The notes beneath the pieces are model-generated. The model was not told the DNA's origin. It did no database searches and saw only the letters and a list, made by a program, of their open reading frames with translations. A program made the position numbers and the translations under genes. From an uncultured Eubacteriales bacterium (lineage in GTDB: Bacteria; Bacillota; Clostridia; Oscillospirales; CAG-272): DNA of 64,000 nucleotides. The stretch spans positions 17,743 to 81,742 of the forward strand of contig CABUHS010000007.1 in the NCBI GenBank assembly GCA_902491535.1, read 5' to 3'. Below, one piece after another: positions 1-7,596 of the stretch (the first letter of the stretch is position 1; every line of letters starts with the position of its first letter).

Positions 1-59
1 TAGTAATCCCCTTGTAATGTATAAGTACCACCCATCTGTTCAAATATTGTCTTTTCCAT
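1..59 (-). CDS. partial CDS, N-terminus only (runs off left edge); TnpV-like transposon-associated protein suspected
   Basis: ATG at 57-59 lies 4 nt after the stop of the 64-249 ORF. The translation MEKTIFEQMGGTYTLQGDY resembles, from memory, the conserved N-terminus of TnpV-type proteins of clostridial mobile elements. Only 19 codons are visible. Confidence 0.3.
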   Translation of the reverse strand, partial: MEKTIFEQMGGTYTLQGDY

Positions 60-63
60 AAAT

Positions 64-249
64 TTAATCCTCCGTCTTTTTGATTTTGAATTTCTTAATT
101 GGTGCTTTAGCGAATTTGACAATGAGTTCGTCAACCACATCAGTGTATCTTCCGTCGGCAATAAGTTTGTTTCGCAAACCATTCAGCGCATTTATAATGG
201 TGCTGTATTCATAATCATCAATCGCTAAATAATACTTCTTCTCTCGCAT
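64..249 (-). CDS. small hypothetical protein (61 aa), probably mobile-element associated
   Basis: ORF with a GGAGG about 9 nt upstream of the ATG, tightly followed by the next ORF start. No recognisable domain. Confidence 0.5.
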   Translation of the reverse strand: MREKKYYLAIDDYEYSTIINALNGLRNKLIADGRYTDVVDELIVKFAKAPIKKFKIKKTED

Positions 250-324
250 ATGCTGAGCCTCCTTTTTTGCCTATATTGTAGCAGGGGATTATCAAGAGGA
301 CGAATGTGCGATTTTGTTTTCAGC

Positions 325-375
325 ATAAAGAAAGACAGCGTGGAAAGCATTTCTGCTCTCACACGCTGTCTTTTC
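325..375. terminator. hairpin terminator downstream of the AraC/GyrI-like gene
   Basis: 10-bp stem agacagcgtg (333-342) / cacgctgtct (362-371), flanked by an A-rich run on one side and a T-run on the other. Confidence 0.5.
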
Positions 376-579
376 GCCTTTGCAACACCCATAAGTTTGT
401 ATTTTGATGTGTTTTCAAATTACTTCCTTATGTGGCGTTAGTATTAGAATATCTCTTTTTGTGAAGGGGCTATAAAAAAGATTTTTTGGGCTGTTTCGTG
501 TAGGAGTTTGAACTCTCGCCGTGCAAGACTCGGAAACAAAGCAGCAACCTAAAATTCTTTTACTATTGGAGCTATAAAT

Positions 580-1485
580 CTATACGATCTTCTTTATCGG
601 ACGAAGAACCTGATAACCGATGGCTTCGGGATAATGTCTTTGATAGTCTTGACATTCGAACTCGTTCCATTCGTAACCGATCGTAGAGGGATCAAAATTC
701 CACGCCAAATCCTCAACTCTTCTCATAACTTCGCTGTTTTCCGAAAAATATTCAAAGGGTGGATGATTAAATACAATATAATAACTTTCTGGTATAATGT
801 CCGTAAGTACAAATCCTTCGGGTATAGGACCGGCGTAATTGGTATTTACACCAAGTCCGTAAAAGTATTTTCTTTCACCATTTGACCATTTCCACCCGGC
901 AGTATGATTTGCAACAACTGGATGACAATCGGCAATGCTTTGCACAATTCCCGTTAGAAGATCACAGTCGTGTGCGGATCAGATAGGTCCTTTCGATGTT
1001 TCCGTATACTCATAACAGCCAAGATACCGATGTGCAGGGATAAATTCGATGCGATAATTAGGAACAGTTAAATTACTCATTGCAATATCTCTTTGTTCAA
1101 TATAATGAGAAGGTGTGATAACAATTTTTTTCATAGTCAAAAGTATTGGAATAGGTTTCTTTCTGTATGCAGCCGGTGCGCATCCGTATGCATTTGTAAA
1201 AGCCCTCGTCAGAGCTTGTTGCGATGAAAAACCATATTCAAATGCAATGTCTATTATCGGTATGTCTGTATCCCTCAGAGCAAAAGCGGCTAAACACAAC
1301 CGTCTTCTTGCCATATACTCCTTGATTGTCATTCCGACAACACGGTGAAATTGCTCGGAACAATACCACGGTGAATATCCGACATGACATGCTATCTCGG
1401 TTAATGACGGATTTTCGATTGCATGGTTGTCAATCCAATCTATTAACTTTTGCACTGTGAAATACCATTCATACATAAGCGTCAT
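580..1485 (-). pseudogene. AraC-family regulator with C-terminal GyrI-like effector domain, interrupted by one in-frame TGA (979-981)
   Basis: ORFs 979-1485 (AraC HTH: ...YSPWYCSEQFHRVVGMTIKEYMARRRL...) and 580-945 (GyrI-like) are in the same frame. Reading through gives ...TSKGPI*SAHDCDLLTGIVQSIADCH..., about 290 aa, the usual length for this fusion. Confidence 0.75.
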
Positions 1486-1565
1486 CCTCCCTTCCGAACT
1501 AATTATATCATATACATTGATTCTGTTTCTTTACATGAATTGGGGGGTGTGTATGATTTCTATAA

Positions 1566-1604
1566 TATAAAAACGACAAACTTCTGCTAAAGTTTGTCGT
1601 TTTT
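1566..1604 (-). terminator. intrinsic terminator directly 3' of tRNA-Arg
   Basis: Stem acgacaaact (1573-1582) / agtttgtcgt (1591-1600) with A/T runs on both sides. Confidence 0.6.
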
Positions 1605-1605
1605 C

Positions 1606-1682
1606 TGGCGCACCCTGGGGGATTCGAACCCTCGACCTACTGCTTAGAAGGCAGTTGCTCTATCCGACTGAGCTAAGGGTGC
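1606..1682 (-). tRNA. tRNA-Arg (anticodon TCT)
   Basis: The reverse complement gcacccttagctcagtcggatagagcaactgccttctaagcagtaggtcgagggttcgaatcccccagggtgcgcca folds as a cloverleaf. The anticodon loop is cTTCTAa and the CCA end is encoded. Confidence 0.95.
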
Positions 1683-1737
1683 AAAATATGCTGATACATG
1701 TTAAAATCAAAGCTGTTTAAATCTCAGTACAAGATAT

Positions 1738-1766
1738 ATATTATCATATTTTAAAACATTTGTCAA
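1738..1766 (-). promoter_or_regulatory. sigma-A type promoter for tRNA-Arg
   Basis: Minus strand reads TTGACA, 17 nt, TAATAT, about 55 nt upstream of the tRNA 5' end. Confidence 0.5.
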
Positions 1767-2089
1767 TAGACAGGACGCTTTTTTTGAAATTTTTCAACGT
1801 TTTCCGATAACTAAAGCAAACACGAATGTGACTGTCCAATTTCTGTATTCTTATATACCGTCAATTGATATACCCATTAACAGAACAATTAAAACGGCAT
1901 AACGCCTTAACTCCTGCGCCGTTTTCTGTAACAAAATAAGGACACTGATATTGTTTTGAAAATAATCACGGAGAATAAATAATTTTTATGTTATACATAT
2001 ATAACAAAACACCGACAAGAAAAATCAACCTTGCCGATGTTCAGTTGCATATCCGAACTCAAAAATATTGCTTCCGGATTATACTATAT

Positions 2090-2164
2090 TGGTGACCCGT
2101 AGGGGAATCGAACCCCTGTTACTGCCGTGAAAGGGCGGTGTCTTAACCGCTTGACCAACGGGCC
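2090..2164 (-). tRNA. tRNA-Glu (anticodon TTC)
   Basis: The reverse complement is ggcccgttggtcaagcggttaagacaccgccctttcacggcagtaacaggggttcgattcccctacgggtcacca. The anticodon loop is cTTTCAc and the CCA end is encoded. Confidence 0.95.
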
Positions 2165-2203
2165 GAATGTTCTGGCAAAGCAGAACTACAGACACTGTCT
2201 GTA

Positions 2204-2280
2204 TGGTAGCGGAAGTCGGATTTGAACCAACGACCTGCCGGGTATGAACCGGATGCTCTAGCCAGCTGAGCTATTCCGCC
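2204..2280 (-). tRNA. tRNA-Met (anticodon CAT), elongator type
   Basis: The reverse complement is ggcggaatagctcagctggctagagcatccggttcatacccggcaggtcgttggttcaaatccgacttccgctacca. A G1-U72 acceptor end argues against the initiator tRNA. An Ile-lysidine tRNA cannot be excluded from sequence alone. Confidence 0.9.
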
Positions 2281-2320
2281 ATACAAATTATCAAAGCATT
2301 GAATAGCTCAATGCTTTGAT

Positions 2321-2349
2321 ATTATATCACACTTTTTCAATGTTGTCAA
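2321..2349 (-). promoter_or_regulatory. consensus sigma-A promoter for the tRNA-Met/tRNA-Glu transcript
   Basis: Minus strand reads TTGACA, 17 nt, TATAAT. A perfect 12-bp hairpin (2290-2320) follows, ahead of the tRNA. Confidence 0.55.
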
Positions 2350-2512
2350 TAGCTTTTTTATATTTTTTATAAATCATGTAATCAAACAATTTATGTCCTC
2401 CGAGCAGACAATATAGTGATTACCGCGCAGTCGGGAAACGGCAGAAATAACAGCTTCAATCTGTATTCGTAAATGTCAGTCACGGAACACTTTTTTATGT
2501 AAAATTCCGCAG

Positions 2513-2541
2513 TTGACAATCGCGCCGCGTCATGGTATAAT
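2513..2541 (+). promoter_or_regulatory. consensus sigma-A promoter for the AraC-family gene
   Basis: TTGACA (2513-2518), 17 nt, TATAAT (2536-2541). Confidence 0.55.
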
Positions 2542-2607
2542 TATATCAAAAATATATGATGATTTTACCCAACTCGAAGATAATTCAAAAAGAAAGAAGA
2601 TAATGTT

Positions 2608-3390
2608 ATGAACCTTGACAGTATCAAATTTCTGTCCGCAGGAAAATTTTCGACAGATTCGGACACATGGATTCATCCGAAAATAAACTCACCCTTCTAC
2701 GAGCTTATTTATGTCATCAAAGGAACACTTTGCATATGCGAGGACTACAGCGAATACAACGTGACCGAAAACTCGGCCATATGGCTACAGAGCGATCATC
2801 TGCATTACGGTATCTCACCGACAGACAAGCCGCTTTCATTTATTCGTGTTATATTCTCATCCGTGGATCGTGACAAATCACCTGACGACCGATGTATACA
2901 TCTGCGCAGGCTGTCATGTCCTGAAAATCCCGATAAGTTCATTGCGCTGTGCGATTCACTTATAGAAAATTCCAACGATCCAGAATATCCGCCATATTTC
3001 AGTGATTATATTGCCCGGCTGCTTCTGACCGAACTTGCCGTACACAGTACAGAATACGACGGTACTGTAAACATTCAGCAAACGATAAGTAATTGGATAA
3101 AAAACGATGCGCCGTCTGATATAAGAGTCAGCGATGTAGCAAAGCATTTCGGATACAGTGAGGATCACATAACACGTATATTCAAAAGCTTTTATGCTAA
3201 AGGAATAAAAAGTTATATTGATGAAGTACGGATCTGCCGCATAAAACGCAATCTTCTTGAAAAGAACAAATCACTATCTGATATATCCGAAAAAAACGGA
3301 TTTACAAATATGAATGCATTTTACAAATTTTTCAAATCGAATACCGGAATGACGGTAAGATTATTTCTCTCCCTTTATAAAGGATCATAA
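2608..3390 (+). CDS. AraC-family transcriptional regulator (N-terminal cupin-like sensor, C-terminal HTH)
   Basis: 260-aa ORF whose C-terminus (SDVAKHFGYSEDHITRIFKSFYAKGIKSYIDEVRICRIKRNLL...NGFTNMNAFYKFFK) is a typical AraC double HTH. Confidence 0.85.
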   Translation: MNLDSIKFLSAGKFSTDSDTWIHPKINSPFYELIYVIKGTLCICEDYSEYNVTENSAIWLQSDHLHYGISPTDKPLSFIRVIFSSVDRDKSPDDRCIHLRRLSCPENPDKFIALCDSLIENSNDPEYPPYFSDYIARLLLTELAVHSTEYDGTVNIQQTISNWIKNDAPSDIRVSDVAKHFGYSEDHITRIFKSFYAKGIKSYIDEVRICRIKRNLLEKNKSLSDISEKNGFTNMNAFYKFFKSNTGMTVRLFLSLYKGS

Positions 3391-3426
3391 AAACACCTCC
3401 GATTTTAAAATCGGAGGTGTTTTTTG
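3389..3426. terminator. bidirectional intrinsic terminator
   Basis: Stem cacctccga / tcggaggtg with A-run and T-run flanks, between convergent genes. Confidence 0.8.
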
Positions 3427-3453
3427 TGCGTTATTATACGAATATCAGCTATG

Positions 3454-4104
3454 TTATTTAAATCTCGTATACTTTTTATTCAGCACTGCACCGACTGCAA
3501 CAAACACAGTCCCGACAATAAGCTGCGGAAGGCATATTTCCGTAAATACTCTGCGGCTCAGCAGATCTCCCGAGACAAAAAATACAAAGCTGTATTCAAA
3601 GTTTGATATAATTATCCCAAAAGCATAGAACAGATCTGCCATAAGTGTAAGCACAACCGAGCTTGTCAGATATATCAGAAAATATGTAAACCCGAAAAAC
3701 ATGAAGCATGCGCACGCTACCGTAATAAAATCATATATCAGATGAGGATATACAAAATACGCAAAGCCGGCAAACCACAAAAGTCCGTTGACCATAAATA
3801 CTGCGAATACCGCAGCACTCAATCCGAGCTTGCATTTATGCCTTATAGCATACAAAAGTTCGTTTCCGTCGCTTTCCGCATACTCACGCAATACAAGTAT
3901 CACCGACCACACCGAAAAAAAGGGGAACACAGCGCACGCGTTTGAAATAATTGCGGAGATAAAAAGCGGACTGTCAATTCCAAACGCAAGATACGCATTG
4001 TAAACTAAAAGCGGGTAGATAATATTCACGGCAATAAACGGCACAAAGGCAAGAAACCTGATACTTTTAAGGTGCAGATGCACACTGGTAATAAAATTTT
4101 TCAT
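3454..4104 (-). CDS. polytopic membrane protein, probable permease partner of the adjacent ABC ATPase
   Basis: About 6 predicted hydrophobic helices. The ATG at 4102-4104 overlaps the TGA of the upstream ATPase (ATGA coupling). The ORF-track start at 4122 is less likely. Confidence 0.6.
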   Translation of the reverse strand: MKNFITSVHLHLKSIRFLAFVPFIAVNIIYPLLVYNAYLAFGIDSPLFISAIISNACAVFPFFSVWSVILVLREYAESDGNELLYAIRHKCKLGLSAAVFAVFMVNGLLWFAGFAYFVYPHLIYDFITVACACFMFFGFTYFLIYLTSSVVLTLMADLFYAFGIIISNFEYSFVFFVSGDLLSRRVFTEICLPQLIVGTVFVAVGAVLNKKYTRFK

Positions 4105-4946
4105 ATATTTTTCAACACGCACATATAACCGTCTTCAAGTGTCGGTATCGCCGCCTCGCACATCTGGGGCACAGCTGATAAAATCCGCATTTTAACGCCG
4201 TTTTCTCCGTCCGTCTGATCCTGAATAACATATTCCCCGGATAAAGATTCGATATACTTTCCGTCAACGGTATATACCTTGCCTTCTGCTTTCCGACGAA
4301 TCTCCTCGCAGCTTCCGGCAGCCGCAATGCAGCCGCCGTTCATGACAAGCACATGATCGCAAAGTGCTTCTATATCACTGACAATATGAGTTGAAATAAT
4401 AACCGTTTTACCCTTTTTATTTTCGGATATGATCAATTTGAATCTGAGCCTTTCCTCGGGATCAAGTCCGGCGGTCGGTTCGTCAAAGATCATAATATCG
4501 GGATCGCCGAGAAAAGTCTGCGCTATGCCGAGACGGCGTATCATTCCGCCGGAAAGCGCGCGTACCTTGCTGTCTATCCGATCCGAAAGATTAACCATAT
4601 CAACGCATCTTTCGACCTCCTCCATAGCCTTTTTCCCTGCGCATTCTTTCATATTTGCAAGCATAAGCATCATTTCACGGACGGTAAGCTCCTTGAAAAG
4701 TCCGAATTTCTGAGGAAGATACCCGACACGGGAGATAAAATCCTTTGATTTTTTCGTCGGAGTCCCGTCGCAGAGAATATCTCCAGAACTGCATTCAAGA
4801 AGTCCCGTCATGCATCTCATAAGCGTTGTTTTACCCGCACCGTTAGGTCCGAGAAGACCGTAAACACCTTCATTAAACTCCTGTGTTATACCGTCAAGCA
4901 CGGTCTTTTTTCTGAATTTTTTTGTAACACCCTGTATTTCAATCAT
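4101..4946 (-). CDS. ABC transporter ATP-binding protein
   Basis: Walker A GPNGAGKTT, signature LSGGMIRR and Walker B IMIFDEPTAGLD are present. Confidence 0.9.
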   Translation of the reverse strand: MIEIQGVTKKFRKKTVLDGITQEFNEGVYGLLGPNGAGKTTLMRCMTGLLECSSGDILCDGTPTKKSKDFISRVGYLPQKFGLFKELTVREMMLMLANMKECAGKKAMEEVERCVDMVNLSDRIDSKVRALSGGMIRRLGIAQTFLGDPDIMIFDEPTAGLDPEERLRFKLIISENKKGKTVIISTHIVSDIEALCDHVLVMNGGCIAAAGSCEEIRRKAEGKVYTVDGKYIESLSGEYVIQDQTDGENGVKMRILSAVPQMCEAAIPTLEDGYMCVLKNI

Positions 4947-6882
4947 CGAAGTTGCCTCCTGTTAATTCCGCCGCAGAGAGAAATTCTCCGACAGAGCGAT
5001 TATCCCATCTGTCAGTTACATATATGTCAGCTGCATTCAGTATCGCTTCTTCACCGATACGATCGACAGCCTCCGTCAAGAGCATTGCATAACCCTTATC
5101 TCCGGTCAGATCAAACGCCGCGAGTTCTTTATCAAGAGCTGCATCAAAGGCTGCTTTTTCATTTCTGTACGCATATACAAGCTTGCGGAGCTTCTGCTTA
5201 TGCGCTCTGCTAATACATGCAGTCCATTCATGCCAATATGTCCTCACCTGCAGGCTGACAAGAGTACCGTCCGAATACATCACCCATGGACGGGACACTC
5301 CGTATGTCATGATCGGCATAATAACAATCCTTTTCAAGTCTTCATTATCCGTGCGGTATTCGATAAAAGCATTCATTTCTTCATGCTTCGTACTGTCAGA
5401 AAACTGTTCCAAATCGGTATAAGGATAAGCGAGAGATATGCCGTTTACGGTATCCTCTTCCACAAATCCGGCTACAAATACACAGCCGTCGGACACTCCG
5501 GAAAAGGTGTTGTCTCCCGTCTTTTCAAGATTGGAAAACACCTCTTTTTTATATCCGAAATTCACATTGAAAATTGCATCGCGCTCGAGCAGTGACGTGG
5601 AAAAGCTCTGATTATCCACGTCAAAAACAGGTTTATATCCGCAATGCGGGAAGAACGGCACTCTGTCGAATAAAAACAGTCCCTGTGCATTTGCAAAGCA
5701 AAGCGGCGAGATTCCACTGTAGCTGAAGGTCAGCGACGTGACGGGAGAATCCCCCGCGGTCACCTCTACGTAATCTCCGTCATATTCAAAGCTGAGCTTT
5801 GCTCCGCTCTGATCGGTTATTTTGCTCACCTTATATCCGTGATAAAGTGTGAATTTATATACAGGAAGATCCGGTTCGGTAACATAAACCGTGACCTTTG
5901 CGTCGAGCATGTTTCTGACATTCAGTTCCATATCATACCGCTCTGCGGCAAAGCCTCCGTCCTCCTCCTTCTGCAGATGAGTCCAGTAGTACAGTACGTC
6001 GCCCGCAGGATTTCCCGCAGGATTTTCGCCGGCAAGCATCCTGTCCTGCGGAAAAACATACACGACAGCGGACAGCACGCATACTGCAGAGAGCGCGGCA
6101 GTAGCTGTGCGTTTTATTACGCGTCTATTTTCAAATATCTTACGAAGAACCGGCAGCGCAAACAGCGCCGCGTAAAATATAGCCGCTGCAACAGTATACG
6201 GAAGCAGACTGTAACCAAAATGAAAACGCGGAATTTCATCTATATACCTCGGGATCGGGTTTGTGACCTCGTATATAGGATAGAAGTTGATATTATAAAC
6301 ATAATACATCATTGAAGCAAAAGATTCTGAAAGCGGAGAGACAAAAAACGCCGTCAGCGCCATGCACAAACATGCAGGCAGCCGCCTCATTTTCATCGCA
6401 ATAAGCGTTCCGAGCAATATTGCAATTGCAGACATGCAAAAAATATAGAAAAAAATGCACACGACAGAATATATCAGCACATCGGTATGTTCAAATTTAA
6501 GGACAAAATATGTGATCACATTATAGACCATAATTGTGAGTGTGATAATAAGATCAACAATTCCGAATATCATCAGATGCTTACCAAAAAAGTCCGGCAA
6601 GCCTTTTTTTGTAGCGCGAAAACATTCCTCAAGCGAGCTTTGTCTGAGCTTATCGGCAAAATAATATGACGCAAATAAAAAGAAAATAAAGCAATAAAAG
6701 ACCATCCTTATAGATATCTGCAGCATTGTAAATTCGCCCTCAATCGGATCGTAGGGATAATTTATCAGATTATTTAAAACAAATATATGATAATAATTTA
6801 TATAAATAAAAAATGCCGCTGTTATTAAAGGAAGAAAAATATCCTTAAAAAACAGCCGGACATACAAATTCTTACGTTTCAT
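4939..6882 (-). CDS. large membrane protein: N-terminal multi-pass region plus a C-terminal soluble/extracytoplasmic domain of about 370 aa
   Basis: 647-aa ORF whose first approx. 280 aa are hydrophobic helices. It overlaps the ATPase start by 8 nt, indicating an operon. No catalytic motif recognised. Confidence 0.6.
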   Translation of the reverse strand: MKRKNLYVRLFFKDIFLPLITAAFFIYINYYHIFVLNNLINYPYDPIEGEFTMLQISIRMVFYCFIFFLFASYYFADKLRQSSLEECFRATKKGLPDFFGKHLMIFGIVDLIITLTIMVYNVITYFVLKFEHTDVLIYSVVCIFFYIFCMSAIAILLGTLIAMKMRRLPACLCMALTAFFVSPLSESFASMMYYVYNINFYPIYEVTNPIPRYIDEIPRFHFGYSLLPYTVAAAIFYAALFALPVLRKIFENRRVIKRTATAALSAVCVLSAVVYVFPQDRMLAGENPAGNPAGDVLYYWTHLQKEEDGGFAAERYDMELNVRNMLDAKVTVYVTEPDLPVYKFTLYHGYKVSKITDQSGAKLSFEYDGDYVEVTAGDSPVTSLTFSYSGISPLCFANAQGLFLFDRVPFFPHCGYKPVFDVDNQSFSTSLLERDAIFNVNFGYKKEVFSNLEKTGDNTFSGVSDGCVFVAGFVEEDTVNGISLAYPYTDLEQFSDSTKHEEMNAFIEYRTDNEDLKRIVIMPIMTYGVSRPWVMYSDGTLVSLQVRTYWHEWTACISRAHKQKLRKLVYAYRNEKAAFDAALDKELAAFDLTGDKGYAMLLTEAVDRIGEEAILNAADIYVTDRWDNRSVGEFLSAAELTGGNFDD

Positions 6883-6951
6883 AGCAATTCTCCAGTAATG
6901 TCAATTTCCGGGCAGACCGTTCCCGGTCTGCCCTTTCCGTAAGTTTAAACG

Positions 6952-7380
6952 TTATTTATTTCTGAGATAGCCTGTTGCAGTACAACCCTTAGCAAGCCAT
7001 CCTTGAACCTCAAGTCTGAGCCTCCACTCATGCGATTTCGCAAATTCATTGCTCTGAGTTTCCGGCAACTGCTTGCCGGGAGCAACAAGTATCTTGGCAA
7101 TTTTATCCTCACACCATACTCCGTCATTCGGATTCCGATATTCTGTATCAAACCAAACATTGTGTGCAGAACCCGATGAGTTATTCCCCCACATGATCTT
7201 AAATCTTCCGGTACATGTTTCTGTTGAGTGAGTACTCGTTTCATTTGTGTGAAGATCAACTTTTATTGCAAGATTTTAGTTATAGCTTTCATCTGCAAAA
7301 GAATTTACAGCAAGGAGTGATGTAGAGAGCGTTAATGCACAAAGCAGCGTAGAGATTTTTCTTTTAGTGTTGATTTTCAT
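6952..7380 (-). pseudogene. small secreted protein gene with an in-frame TAA (7276-7278) between the signal peptide and the mature part
   Basis: ATG at 7378-7380 follows a GGAGG. It encodes MKINTKRKISTLLCALTLSTSLLAVNSFADESYN, then TAA, and continues in the same frame as NLAIKVDLHTNETSTHSTETCTGRFKIMWGNNSSGSAHNVWFDTEYRNPNDGVWCEDK...YLRNK. It heads the ABC cluster. Confidence 0.6.
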
Positions 7381-7540
7381 TTTACTTCCTCCTGTTAAAT
7401 GTTTTTCAAAAAGTATTCACAAACATGTTTGTACTTGTATAATACCATATATTTTCTCAAATGTCAACATGTTTTTAATATTTGCACAAAAAATGTTTTA
7501 GAATGCAATTTTATTTGTGTAAAACTCAAATGACATCAAA

Positions 7541-7580
7541 ATAAAAAGCTGAAAGGCGATTGCCTTTCAGCTTTTGTATT
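7541..7580. terminator. intrinsic terminator after leuS
   Basis: Stem agctgaaaggc / gcctttcagct with a 4-nt loop and A/T runs on both sides. Confidence 0.8.
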
Positions 7581-7596
7581 TTAGGCTGATATACTA

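Noticed and set aside
250-441. 63-aa plus-strand ORF, with other short intergenic ORFs (33994-34179, 43794-43988, 56049-56595, 63183-63817)
   Set aside because: They have no RBS and hydrophobic or junk-like translations. They overlap terminators, promoters or better-supported genes on the other strand or in another frame.
6952-7275. Assigning the secreted protein to the lactococcin-972 family
   Set aside because: Only the gene context is reminiscent. I see no convincing sequence similarity to lactococcin 972, and the 647-aa membrane protein has the opposite topology order to the described 7-TM immunity family. It is kept only as a loose analogy.
979-7278. Stop-codon reassignment or selenocysteine as an explanation for the in-frame TGA (979-981) and TAA (7276-7278)
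   Set aside because: TGA terminates leuS at its conserved C-terminus and TAA terminates the Fic gene and others, so both are ordinary stops here. No SECIS-like context is apparent, and these protein families are not selenoproteins.
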